Below are positions 14,480 to 29,000 of a DNA stretch of 64,000 bases, one piece after another. Origin of the DNA: the human T2T-CHM13v2.0 reference genome, Homo sapiens. The DNA is taken from assembly GCF_009914755.1 (NCBI RefSeq), contig NC_060937.1; one strand, 5' to 3'. The notes beneath the pieces were generated by a model that was not told where the DNA came from, searched no databases, and saw only the letters and a program-made list of their open reading frames with translations. Both the position numbers and the translations under genes were made by a program. Position 1 is the first letter of the stretch. Every line of letters begins with the position of its first letter.

Positions 14480-14705
14480 GTGTTTACAACCATAGAATTG
14501 GAAGCAAAGCTAGCTCAAATCCTGGCTGTCCACTTTCTGCCCATGTGAACACAGGCAAGTGAGTGAACTTCCAGTCCTGTCTTCCTTCTCTGCAAAAGGG
14601 AGCCAATCCTAATGGTATCTATCACATAGGATGGTTGTGAGAATTTAATGAGTTACCATATAAAAACTCTTGGAACTGTGCCTGGATTATAAAGGCATTA
14701 GCTGT
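14480..14705. mobile_element. MIR
   Basis: ctcaaatcctggctgtccactt...ggcaagtgagtgaac...catagg atggttgtgagaatttaatgag. Confidence 0.65.
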
Positions 14706-15289
14706 CCTTGAAAAACAAATCCAATTTTTAACAGTTTGCCATTTGAAATGAATTTCTGTGTTTGTGTCATTTCCCAAGCAGGATGACCTCTCAGCATTAT
14801 TCCTGGTAAAGTTAACTGGGACAGTCTGGTTGCCTCACAGTGGAATCAAGTAACCCAGGAGCCAGCCATCAGGCACTGGCTTGGCTCAGCAGACAACTCA
14901 GGTTTTTATATCTTACAGTAATAAACATTCCAGAGTATCATTTCTGGAGGCACAATGGGATAAATACATTGAATGAGCCTCTGGAGGAGAATAACAAAGA
15001 CAGCTGGATAAAATATTAAAACTGTCTCTTTAAAAGCACTTTGGAGCTATCAAGAAAGGAAGAAATGCTCAGAGGCTTAATAAAAAACAAGAACACTTTA
15101 ACAGGAGCTAGGACAAAATCTATCCTCTGCCTGGTGGCATCTGCCCAGCTCCAGTACATCGGAGCCTCCACAGGCACAGGAGACCAAGAAAAAGACTTGG
15201 CCTGGACCAAGCTGTCTCCAGGGCTGGATCACCACTTACTCACCTGTCTCAGGTATAGTAATTAAGGGAGCACCAACAAACCCAGAACT

Positions 15290-17335
15290 TGAGATAAAGA
15301 ATATTTTAATGTAATATTTTTAAAAATCAAAACTAATACAAAAAAATGCCATGATGAACAAAATAGCAAAACTATAAACAAAGATAAACTGTTGCTGTTT
15401 ATTTGATTTGCAACCCAGCCAAGGACAGTAAAGTTATGATTCAATGTAATTCATGAAACAAATATATCCACACATTATCAATTTCATGGAGAAAAAACAT
15501 CTTTCCAAAGATGCAAACACATCGTTAAATAACATCCATTTATGATAAAATCTCTTTACAAACTAGTAATAAGAGAACTTTCATATTATTGTAAAGAATA
15601 TATACAAAATACCTACACCAAGAACAGCAGCTAATGGTAAAATGTTAAATAACTCCCTTCCTTATCAAGACCAAGGCAAATGGTACACCATAGCTGGTTT
15701 TATTCAACATTGCACAGGAGACATCAGCTAGTACTGTAGTATAAGAAAAAGAAATAAAATGTGTAAAATATAGAAAAGAATATAAGCAAAGCTCATTATT
15801 ACCAGGTAATATCATTTGCATGCAGAAAATAAAGAATCAACAGGTAAATATTAAGATTAATAAATGTTTATCAGATTTCCAAGATTAAAATTAATATGCA
15901 TTAATTAAGATAATCTTATTTGTTGTAATAGATACATCTCAGTGGCTTAACAAAAGAATTTGTTTCTTAGCAGGTAAAGCTAATTTAATGGGAAATAGGT
16001 GAGAGATGGGGCTCTACTCCACCAAGTCACTTGTGGGCCCACTGATGGAGATGCCATCCTGTTCAACTTGTGACTTCCAAAGTTATTGTGAGCATCCAAC
16101 AACATACAGGGAAAGAAAGACTGGGGAGCTGTAAATGAGGTTTTTATGAACCAGATGACATACCTAGGAATTAATATGACAAAATATGTGCAAGTGCTTT
16201 TTGAGAAAATTTTCAGCCTTTTTGTAAGATCTTAATAAGCAGAGAGATATTCCATGTGCACAAATGGGAAATAAAACAATATCATTAAGATATCACATCT
16301 TCCCATATTAATCTATAGCTTTAATGCAATTGAATCAAAATATTAACAGCATTATTTATGGTACCTGGAAAACTGATTCTAAAATGTATACAGAAAAGCA
16401 AAGAACTAGGAACAGCCAAAACACTCTTGAAGGAGAATAAGGTAAAGAGCTCTCCCAACCCCTACCAGGGCTAATTCAAAAACTGTAGTAACTAAGGCAG
16501 TGTGGAACTGATATAGTGTTAGACAAGGAAGACCAATGGAATAAAACAGAAAAGCCAGAAACAGCCCACATTTAAAAAAAAAAAACAAAAACAAAAAAAC
16601 AAAACAAAAAAAACCTTGGCTCATGACAGAGTGACAGGCATTGAAGATCAGTAGGGACAGGGGAATTATGCAATAAATGCTACTAGGGAATTTGGTTATG
16701 CAATGGATTAAAAAAAAATTTAGGTTGAACCCTTACCTCCCACCATTCATAAAAATCATCTATTCAAATTAGATAGAAGGTTTCATTGTGAAGGGAAAAA
16801 TTATACATTTTTGAGAAGATAGTGCATAAGAATATGTTTCCCATCTTGGGGGGAGGGGAAGATACATGAAATGTTTTTATAAAGTTTAGAATCTTCGGGG
16901 AAAAATTAATAAATTCAACTCCTTTGAAATTAAGAAATTCTACTTGTCTAAGGGCTCTAAAGGAAGACAAGAAAATGAACTAAAAGAAGATACTTGATAC
17001 ACACACAGGAGATAAAAATTAATATTTGAATATGTTAAGGACTCCTACAAAACAATACAAAAAGGGATAAACAACCCAATATAAAAATAAGCAAAAGACA
17101 TGAACAGGCATTTCATAGAAGAGGAAACATAAATGGCCCCGAAACATGAAAAATTCTCCATTAAAAATCGGGGAAATGCAATTAAAACCATAACGAGGTA
17201 CCATTTCATATATATTAGGTCAGCAAAAAATTTAAACATTCAACAAAAGGTACTCTTATGTAGTGTTTGGAGTTTAAATTGGTATCACTTTAGAAAACTA
17301 TTATGTGTTACCTAGTAAAACTGAGAATGTGCATC
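15290..17335 (+). mobile_element. Old, degraded L1 (L1M-type) ORF2/3' remnant
   Basis: A-rich strand bias; ORF2 relics such as aacatccatttatgataaaa (QHPFMIK-like) and tacctaggaattaat (YLGIN); no intact ORF. Confidence 0.7.
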
Positions 17336-18814
17336 AGTGAAAGGCTGAGGTAGAGATCTAAGCCGCAACTTACCAGTGATAACAGCAGCCAGGGGTGTGA
17401 CAGAATCTGTCTATATCAGTCACTCACGCCAATGTCCCAGTTTAATGTCTTCAAATATGGGAAGAGAAGTGGCTTTGAGGTCAGATTGCCTAGGCACCAA
17501 TCTTGTCTCCCACTAGTTACTAACTGTGAGCCTTTGGCCAGACCTTTAACCTCTCTGTGTCTCAGTTTTACCATCTACAAATGAGGACAAGAAGATTGAA
17601 CACTTAGCGAGTGCTGTCATGATGATGAATCCTGTGAGAATTTCACTGGAGATGAGGATGAAAGTACAAGGAGCTGGGGTCCCCGCTAGAACATCACCAA
17701 CTCAGGACACTTAGTTGATATCCCTTAATATCTTGGCTCACCATCGCCTTAGGACTGTTCCGTAGGCAGTGGGTGATGTCTCAGGTGAAAGCCGAGTTTG
17801 GTACATCTTTATTTCTTAGCTAGAATATGGCGTGTCCCTAACAATTTCACAAAAGTCAGAAAAATTCCCCACAAATTCCATGTCCAGCTTCCAAGCATAA
17901 ATGAAGAACATGAAGTCACTTGCTATTTTAAAAGCTAATTACTAGTAAAATACTTTCAGATTCACATTTCCTGTGAAATAAAATTCTGCCTTTGAAATGA
18001 AAGTCTCTGGCAGAACTACTCAGCAACACCTTTGTTCCAAGCAGGGGTTTTCCTTTAGTACAGAACACACTGTTCCCTAGTCAGAAAAAGATTTATTTAA
18101 TTTTAAAGGGGAGACAATGAAAGCATATAACTGTTAACACACATTTAAAAATATATGTGCCACATCACCAGCGAGACATAGATGTTGGTGAGCTCTTTTG
18201 TTTTTGTAAGTTTTATGGCGAAGACATGAAATAAGATATGTAAAGATATCCAGCTTAGTGTCTGAAATTGAAAATAATAATGAAGTATTTGACTACTTTA
18301 TCATTTTCCAAACAATCTACCTTTGGACTACAAATCGTAGGAGACCTTCATGTCATCAAATTTCAGCTTCTTTGGAAAAATACTCCTTATAAATAGGTTC
18401 AATGACTGAATATTTTTAACATTGATACTTTTTCTATATGTATACTATTGATTCTTCTCACAAAGCTAGATTAGTTAGAGAATAATAAGGAATATGAAGA
18501 AAAAAAATCACCTCCAGCTTGTACAGACCAAATAATAAACATTATTTCACTAAGTTAAATATATTGAGTTTAAGCACATAATTCTACAGCTTCAAATGTT
18601 GGTTTCCCTACAAAATTGTACAGACTGTTAAATTCTTCCAAATCATTTGGTGTCAAGAAATATTTTAAAAATCATTCTCTTCTTTTCTTCCCTTCCACTG
18701 AAAAAAAGGTGGAAAGAATAGTCCTCTCCTGCCCTCTCCATTTCCTCATCTCTAGTTCACTCTTTTCATTTTGGAAAAGCATTATGCAATGTTTCAGATC
18801 TAAAAAGGTATAAA

Positions 18815-19105
<291 letters not shown>

Positions 19106-19124
19106 CCTAAAAATATAAAATAAA

Positions 19125-20960
19125 AATAAAAAGATATAGAGAATACAGCAACAAATGCCCATCTACCTACCTCCAAGCTTAATAAGCAACCTATTTACAA
19201 CACAGTTGAAACTTTCTGTGAATGCTTCCAGATCAGATAACTCTCCCTCTTGAATTTGGTCTATACCATTCCCAAGCCTCTCTTCATAATCTTATTACTT
19301 ATGTATCCTAAACCACATGAAATATTGCTTGAATTTTAAATTTGATATGAATGATGTCATAGATTATGTATTCTTCTGCAACTTACTTGACTCACTCAGC
19401 ATTATGTGTGTGAGAATCATCCATGCACATCCCGAGAGTTAATGTTCATTCATTTTCACTGCTGTATAGCATTCCACTGCATGAAGATGCCATAACATGG
19501 TCTAGATTAGTGACTACTGTAAATACTAACTCACTTCTGTGAATGGACACTAGTTATCTCCAGATTATGAAACCCTAAGTAGGTTTCATAATCCCGCTTA
19601 CTATTTCCAGATTTTTATGCCACATTCTCTCCAATGTTTGATATAGTCTACTTACCTTTTTGCCAGGTCATTTAATTTACATATCTCTGATTACTGGTAT
19701 AATTAAGCCTCTTTTTTTGTAATAAGTTTTTGGTTATTTAAGTTTTATCTCCTGAAAATTGTTCTACATGTCAATCTTTTTGGGGGAGAGGTTTTTTGTT
19801 TTGTTTTGTTTTTTACTTTTAACATTGTCAAATTTATCAAGCCTTTCATTTATGGTTTAATAAATTCTTCTTTATCCTAAGGTCATAAAGATATCTTCTT
19901 ATATTTTTCTTCTATAGCAATTTTGCCTTTCAAATTATTCCACTAAGGATTGATTTTTGTATATAAAGTGCAGCAGGGATCCAATATCATTTTGTTTTTC
20001 CCTGGAGGACAGTGAAATGCCCTAGCACCATTTATTGAATAATGTATCTTTTGTCCACTGCTCTGCAATACCCTTTCAGACATAAATCAGTTTTCCATAT
20101 ATGTGTGGACTTCCTACTCCTTCCTTCTGGAAGGAAATTTCTCATTTTTTTTTAATTGAAGTGAATCCCTTAGCAGTTGTTGCTAGAAGGGTCAGTGGGT
20201 AGTAATCTTTCTTAGAAATGTATGAAAATGTTTGCCTTTTCTTAAATGACATATAAGTGGATATACAAAATCTAGTTTCCCCCAGCATCTTGAAGATATT
20301 GCATTGTCTTCTGATATCTATGATCACAGAGATGGTACATGAGAAGTCAACCCTTGATTTGGCTTGTTCCTTTATACATGATCTCTCCTCTAGCTTTGTT
20401 CTTTTTCCTCTTTATCTTAGGTGTTCTGCAATTTTAATATAAGGTTTCTAGAAGCAGATTTTTAAAATTTCTTTTGCTTGGGGTTCTGCATGACTTTTCC
20501 AACTAAGGATTCTTTTTTGAACTCTTAAAGAGTTGTAATCATTCTTTTTATTATTGCTTCCCACCAGGCTCTTTATTTTCTCCTTCCAAACATTCTATTA
20601 GCTGTATATTGACTCTTCTCAAGTAGTTCCCATGTCTCTTCTTTCTGCTTTTCATATTTTCCCCCTCTTTGTCTCTCTGTGATGCATTCTGTATAGTTTC
20701 ATCAGCTATACTTTACATTTCACTAATTTTCTCTTCATCTGCATCCACTCTTGTTTAATCTATCTTGATCTTTAATTACTGTCTTTCATTGTTTAAAATG
20801 TCTGTATGCTTCATTTTTATAAGTCTGTGTGCTCCTTTTCCCCAAAAATAAGTCCCACTATTGAATTAGGAATCTTACTCCTTATTTTCTCCCTTTGAAC
20901 AATTTAAATGTTTATTTTAAAGTCTCTGAGATACTGCACTATTCTGTTTTAAAGTGTCTT
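19125..20960 (-). mobile_element. Old L1 (L1ME-like) fragments, antisense
   Basis: T-rich; tattcttctgcaactt...cattcattttcactgctgtatagcattccact, ccctagcaccatttattgaat. Confidence 0.6.
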
Positions 20961-21539
20961 TCCCATACAAGTAAGTCTCCTCAGTCCTTTGAGTTTTTTC
21001 CTCTAAGCTTCTCTCAGCACCACTGTCTACTGTGGCATCTCTGGGTTCTGCATTCAGGAGATTCGATTCCTGCCCAGCGTCCAGGGCAGATGGAGCAAAT
21101 CTCGCATCTTTTTCAGGCCAGTCAGTGAAGTTTTTCTGGGCCACTGACTAGATAGCCCATTTGTTGGTCCTGGCTCCCCACTAAACAGGGAAACTATAGA
21201 CTTGACTCTGGCCCTAAGTGGGTTTCATAATCCCACTTACTAAGATATGTTTCCTGTCCTGGAAGCTGAGTATACATTCTTGACTCCCTTATATTCACAT
21301 CTGATATGCTCATCCTTGGGAAATCCATTCACTTCTTTGGGATAAATAGTAATATGCAACTGTGTCAACTTCTGTTCACTACTTTAGCTGAATTCCTTCC
21401 TCAATTCTGGAAACCAGAGAGAATACCTTAGAATTCTGCTAAGTATTTGGTAAAATTTGTAGTTCAGCCACGATTTCCATATGTCTACATGGAGAGTTAA
21501 CATTTGTCAATCCAGCTCATTCAACCATTCGTAAATGGG

Positions 21540-21605
21540 AACTCTCCCTCCTTCCTTCCTTCTTTCCCGCCACTTCCTCCCTCCCTCCCTTCCTCCCTTC
21601 ACCGG
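21540..21605. repeat. CT-rich/(CCTT)-like low-complexity tract
   Basis: ctccctccttccttccttctttcccgccacttcctccctccctcccttcctcccttc. Confidence 0.8.
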
Positions 21606-21968
21606 TCACCATCTTCTATCTCTGTCTCATTCTCATGGCCTTTCCTTCTCATTTTTTGGTGCTATCTTTTTTCTCTGTTCACAACACAACACATGGTCTC
21701 TAAGCTTCTGACCTTGGCCCTCTTATCTTCATTTTCTACAGGTACACTCTTGAGAAATTTGTTCAGTTCCTTGGCATAAATTCATTCAATTCTTTGGCAG
21801 AGTAACATCCTAGTGACCAACAAATCCAGGACAGATAGACCCACTGAGCTCTAATGCCATGCATTTACTTCCTACAGCATATATAGGCACTGCAAACCTC
21901 CCAGGCACTCCCATCTCAACATACCCAAAACAAAGTCATGATTAGCCTTGTGAAAATCTTTATATTTA

Positions 21969-21973
<5 letters not shown>

Positions 21974-22007
<34 letters not shown>

Positions 22008-22123
22008 CAGAGACGGGGTTTCACCATGTTAGTCAGGATGGTCTCGATCTCCTGACATTGTGATTCACCCACCTCAGCCTCCCAAAATGCTAGGATTACA
22101 GGCGTGAGCCACCGTGCCTGGCC
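21974..22123 (-). mobile_element. Solitary Alu left monomer with long poly-A
   Basis: Left arm only; 13-bp TSD tatatttactctt at 21961-21973 and 22124-22136. Confidence 0.9.
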
Positions 22124-23386
22124 TATATTTACTCTTACATTTCCCTTCCCTTTGAGTGACACTTTCATCTATCTGCTCAGTCACCAAAGCCAGAAACCTG
22201 GGTAATACAGCAAATGTACCCTTCCTCTCAGTAGCTATATCCAATCGACAATAAACTTCTACATATTCTACCCATTTGGCAACTCTCATGTCTATCCTCT
22301 CTTCTCCATTTCCACGTGATGGCCTGAGTCCTGGTCCTGAGTCCCTCTCTCTTGGGCTGCTGTTACAGTGGCCCAGATGATCTTCCAACTTCCCTTCAGT
22401 CTCACCTGACTTCTGTAAATAATCACAGGCAAGAAATATATCGTGCAATTTTCTTATTTCCATTGTAACAGGAAATCACCAAAAGGAACTTCAAAATATC
22501 ATGTGCTCATTTGTGGTCCAAGATGACATCTGGATAACAGTTCAAGATTCAGCCTTTCTCAACTTTACACTGAAACGTACATGACACACACACAAAAGAA
22601 TGAAATGACAAAAAAAGAATGAAAACAAAGACTGTCAGAACTGTCAGGCATCCTACTACCGCCAGGCTATGGGAGGAAATTTCACAAACGAAATTTACGA
22701 AGCCGAAATGAACATCAAAATCCATGATGACACTGAGTCACACTTTGAGTCCTGAAGAAGAGCACATGCAGGACTGCAAGGTAGCAGAGAAAAGCATTGT
22801 TTGTCCTCCATCACCTTCCTTGGGGCTCAAGGGCCCAGCGTCTTTATGAACCAGGCCACCAGGTAACCAGCCTCTTCTGCAGATAGTAAGTTTTAATACA
22901 ACCTGAGCAGGATTTGCCCCGCTTCCAGCCAACAAAACCCTTGTCCCCACCTCAAATAGATCCAAGCCAAAAACCTCTAGAGAATAAGAGGACCAGACTA
23001 AAAAGAATACTAAGAACTGAGCTGGCCTCCCTGTTAATCTCTCACCACCTCTTCAGAGTAGAATTCCAGCTGTCTTACTAAACCACACTAAACAAAAACT
23101 TACTAAAACTCAGATCAAGGTAAATTCCCTAATATATCCTATTACAGAATAAAGCCCAAATTGCCTTATATAGCGTTTGAGGCTTACTCTATACATAGGC
23201 TCCATCTACCTTTATCATCTACTCATTATCTCCAAACATTGCAAAGTCCAGCCACACAGTATTATTCAACGTTTTTTAAAGCATCCTTCATGCTTTCCTA
23301 CCTTCTTGTCTAGGTTTCCCATGTTCCTTCTGCCTAGAAGACCCTCTTCTTCCTCTTTAAGCTCCCTGAAATCTTCTCTATTATTA

Positions 23387-23641
23387 TTATTTGAGATGCA
23401 GTCTCACTCTGTTGCCTAGGCTGAAATGCTGTGGCACGATCTCAGATCACTGTAACCTCCGCCTCCTGGGTTCAAGTAATTCTCTTGCCTCAGCCTCCTG
23501 AGTAGCTGGGATTACAGGTGCATGACACAACACCCAGCTAATTTTTGTATTTTTAGTAGAGACGGGGTTTCCCCATGTTGGCCAGGCTGGTCTTGAACTC
23601 CTGACTTCAGATGATCTATCCACCTCAGCCTCCCAAAGTGC
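23387..23641 (-). mobile_element. 5'-truncated AluS-type element
   Basis: Reverse Alu lacking the first ~30 nt; near-TSD cttctc(t/c)attatta at 23373 and 23644. Confidence 0.9.
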
Positions 23642-25519
23642 AGCTTCTCCATTATTAAAGATCCACATTTCAAGGTCCAAATCCTTCCTCAAATCTTCCA
23701 AAATCCCTAAATTGGTATTAGTATCCCCTTCCCCTGTGCTTCTATAACATTTTATTTGTACTTCTATTTTAATACTTATCATTGTCTGTCTTAGATTGAT
23801 AACTGCAACTTTGCTCCTCCCACTAGACTGTGAATGTTTTCATTTTATTAGCTAACACATACTATAGTGCCTTCTGTATCAAAGATATGCAATGGACATG
23901 TGTTGCATCAATTGGAGATGAGATGAAAATAAACTACAGAAAATTTCTTGCTCAGGTCTCAATTTTTACTATTTCATATTATATTTACATTTAAAACAAA
24001 TGCTGGGTTTTGTCACTAGGCCAAGCAGCAGGCTGAAAAGGAATGAAACCTTGAATTTCCTTTGCAATTTTGAAGAGGAAATCCATAGGTGACACCTTCC
24101 CTGACAAAGGAAAGAGGAACTAAAGGCCATAAGGGGTGGGGAGGAGGGGGCATTGAGGTCATAGAACAAAAGGAAATCCCATTTTCTAATCTCTACAAGA
24201 TAGTCGTGTTGCTGATCTCTCCTGCTGCAATAGAGCAATAAAACATGTCCTGGAAGGTCAGCAGATATTACAGCAGTGGGAAAAGCAGGATATAATTATC
24301 AATGATCAAGGCACTCAGTGGGTCCATCTCAATTTTCTCCTCTTTCATTCTTCCAACCAAATGATAGAAAATTGATGTCAATTCCAAAGCCACTTATGTA
24401 TTTGTGGCACGATAACGAATCATCCATTCAAACATCTTTCATAGTTATTTCCTAATGAGCTGACACTCTATGTGAAGGTTGCTGTTCATTTGTATAGTCA
24501 TCCCTGTGCTTAAAATACTAAGGAAAACTTGTCCCTTCTTATTGGCCTCAAGGATACTGATTCCATAATGGTTATAAAAGGCACAGAAGTTGTGTTTTGC
24601 ATTCCTTTTTCCACCAAACTCAAATGCATAATTGCTCTTGCTTTTCAGTCACTGATTCAACAAATGGTAATGGAGTTCTTACTCCACTGCAATCACCACG
24701 CTAAGAACTAGAGGTAAAATAATGAGACACCTGACTTCACGGAACTTACTTTCCCTTTGGAGAGACAGGCACCAATAAAATAATACCATGGATAAGTGAA
24801 AATTTTACGGAAATCAAAAGAAGTTTTGTGGAAAGGATATGAGAATCTATAACAAAGGGATCTTTGTTCATCTGGAACGTTAGAAGGCTTCCCTAGAAAA
24901 TCTTGTATACTGAGATTAGAAGGTTGAGTGTGAGTTAAATAGGGAATGAGGAAAGAGAATGTTCCAGGCAGGAGGGAAACAGCACACATAAAGACTTTGC
25001 TGCCTGAGAAAAGATGTTTATGAACACAGGAAAAACCAATCATTATGACCTCAGCATACTGAGCTCTCTATCTGCAATGCTATTTTGCGGCCAAGTCCCT
25101 GGGATTCTACAATAGTATTCTATTTAATAAAAGTTCATATTTAGCTGTTTGGAAAGCTTAAAAAATGAAGACAATTTTATGAAATTGGGTGACAAACGTA
25201 AGTCTTAATATGAGGTGAGGCAAAAAAATGATGTGAATAGCCGAGTGTGGCCTGAAATTTTTGAGCTCGGGTTCTTAATTTGTAACCCATCTTTGTCCCT
25301 CCTCTGTCCTCCCCAAGTCCAGATGCATAGTCCAGGGCCTAAATCTTCCTTTACTATGCACTTTCAAGTGAAGGCAGCAGACAAAACACCACTCAAAAAG
25401 GATTTCATTAGCAGTTTTCTGAGCATTTTGTCACTGGACTTACTGATTAAGCTTATTGAACATTTTGCTTGGGGATCTTAGGACAGAAACCAATATTATT
25501 TTTTTAAATGATCAGCTAA

Positions 25520-25837
<318 letters not shown>

Positions 25838-27260
25838 TCAGCTAAGCAGAGGCTGGTGGGTTTTCACACCTGAGAGTTCCTTTCTTAAAATTTCCAAAGT
25901 TTGTTTCACTGATTCAGAATGACTTTTGAAACCATTATTTAATTAATTTTTTTTTAACTGCTGTCCAGCATGTTCTAATTTCTGTCTTGGCAGGAACAAA
26001 ACATTAATCTCCCCCCATAATCCTGACATGCAGGATTGGCACAGCATTTATTAATTCACCTTTCACTTAAATTGGTTTTCTTTTTAGCTGCACTCCATCC
26101 AACATCTTGGACTAACCATATCTATATTTTTAGCATAATATAAGATGGGGTCAAACCTCTACTTCTTGAGCTGGGTTTAATAAATAAAACTAATAGCTGA
26201 GATTGATTACCCGTGTAGACAGCAAACTACAAAACCCAAGATGAATTGTGTAATTTGCAGCTCTGTGACATGTATTAAATTTTGAGACATAAGATAAATA
26301 ATTCATGTAAATAAGCAAGTGAGGACACCCAAGAATGAAGTCTGTGGTTACTCTTTTACAGCAGGTGAAATAAACAACAAATTTCGTTACCTTTTGACTT
26401 AGGCCTTTTAAATACATTTTTACTAACCACTGCCTAATTGAGACTGCTGTATAAAGAAATTCTGTTATCTGCCCTTAACTAGAGACATTTTAAATTCAAT
26501 ATCTAGACCCCTCAAAAAGTGGTCACTACATTTACATCTTACTTATGCTAAAGTCAGCCTACCACCTTCAGATTTAGAGAATTAAAGTCCCTCAGATAAC
26601 TGGGGGAGGTTAAAAAACAAAAACAAAAAACAGGAGGCATAAATGATAAGGTGCTAAATTTTTCTTCTTTGGTACCTGCCAAGTAGAACCCAGTGGACAA
26701 AATATGGAGCAAGTGTTGAATGTTGCTTGCACTTCTTATATGCCTAAATTAGTATGCCTGACATAATAATTTAACCAAACAAGTTTTTCAACTTGCAAGA
26801 TAGGGATGAAAAGGTCCACTAATTCATAGGGTGGCTTCATGGTTTAATTAGATTTGAAGAAGCCAAGATAATCCTGAGATCCTCCAAGGAGGATGTATAA
26901 GAAATGATATGGTTGTTTTTCAGAGCATTTAATGAAGAACTGTGCTCATCTCCTCTGCCACTGGGATATTCCTGCCTGGGATCAGAGAGTGGTAAGATTT
27001 CTAAGCCATCAAGAACGGGACCTGTGACCAGGTGGCGTAGTTTTATGGCCCCAGGGATACAAAGAGGAGACCTTCCAAGTCTTCCATAGCTCAGAGTACT
27101 GGTACTAAGTGCTCAGCTGTGGACACGATTCTTTGGTCAGTGAAGTACTTCCTCCCTGAGTGTCTACAAGGCAGCAGACTAGGTTTTTCTGAAATGTTCT
27201 AAAGGCAAAAGGAGTCCCTGCTTTCCAAGATTTACAGTTTGTGATGAGAACTGTGAGTAG

Positions 27261-27602
<342 letters not shown>

Positions 27603-28611
27603 TTAGAAGAATTTTTATTATTATCCCCATTTTACAGATGAGAAAACAAAGGAACAGAAACAAGAGTTTGGTGATTTGTCAGGTGCAGCCTTCACCTCAT
27701 TCTCCACCCTGCTGTTTACAGAGCTGTAAAGAGACTTGCAACTGAAGATTTCTTTGGGGCTAAATGTTGTCTTCTCATAGGATTAAAGGTTAGCTAAACT
27801 TTACCAGGTTTGAATTTTAGAAATTCTCAGGTATTTGTTTAAAAGTGCTGGAATAATGCCAGTTCTGGGTATAATTTCTCCTGAGTAACCATACTTACTT
27901 GGGATAGAATCACCTGAGCTGGCTCGGTTTCTGCAGACACTGTATTAAGCTGCAATAACCAAGGCGTCCCTCGCTACATACTGTATCAAACCAGTCTTTG
28001 AAATTTTTTGTGAAGATTGGAAATGAGGCAACGTTTTGTGTACAAATGTACTATTTAACCTGAATAGAGTAAAACAAAAGTTTTACATAATCTGAATAAA
28101 GGAAAAATTTAGGGGAGTCAATGGGTGTCTTTGAGATCCTTCCAGCAAGTTTGCATCCACAGTGATCTGGGGGCTACTCCCTAGGCCTAGAGATCGAGTC
28201 ACCCTATTGTAGCTCCACCTCCTCCCCTCCCTCAACAAATAAGAAACCAGCACCTTCAATGTCAAGCCTTTTACTCAGGGCCTTTTTTTTTTTTTTTGCC
28301 TGCAATTATTGGTGTGTTTCCAAGCGGGAGACTTCTGCAGCACGCAGTCTGGGTTATATGAAGCAAAAAGAAAACCGAGGAAACTCACATTTGTGTCATT
28401 TATTGGATCTCAAGGTCCCTGGAGGCTTTGTTTTCTTTTCTCCACCTTTTAGACTCTTCTGTTTGTTCTACATATCATGCATGTCCAGGGGTTTTAGCTG
28501 TGCTCAGTGAGAAATAGAGAAAAGTGAATCCACTCCATCTTTCCAGAAGTGGTAATCCCCTCAACTTGCCTTTTTAAGAACTGTGGTTTTACAGACAGAA
28601 GCCACTTTAAG

Positions 28612-29000
28612 TGGCTTTAAGTTCAGCAGCATTAAATACATTCACAATGCTGTGCAACCATCACCATCATCCCTCTCCTGATCTTTTTCATCAACTCAAG
28701 CAGAATCCTTATACCCATTCAACAACAATTCCGCATTCCCTTCTCCCCCTAGCCCCTGGTGTCTTCTACTTTCTATATTTATGAATTTGCCTGTTCTAGA
28801 TATTTTATATAAGTGGAATCATACAGTATTTGTTTGTTTGTGATGAGTTTATTTCACCATAGCATAATGTCCTCAAGGTTCATCCATGTTGTAGCATGTG
28901 TCAGAATTGCCTTCCTCTCTAGGGCTGAAACTCGGCTATGTGGATATAGTACATTCTGTTCATCCATTTAGTCTGTTGATGGACACTTGTGTTGTTTCCT
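28612..29000 (-). mobile_element. L1MB-like 3' end, antisense
   Basis: acattcacaatgctgtgcaaccatcacc...ataagtggaatcatacagtatttg...ggttcatccatgttgtagcatgtgtcagaatt. Confidence 0.8.

Noticed and set aside
15290-17335. Potentially coding reverse transcriptase
   Set aside because: The L1 ORF2 remnant is full of stops and frameshifts
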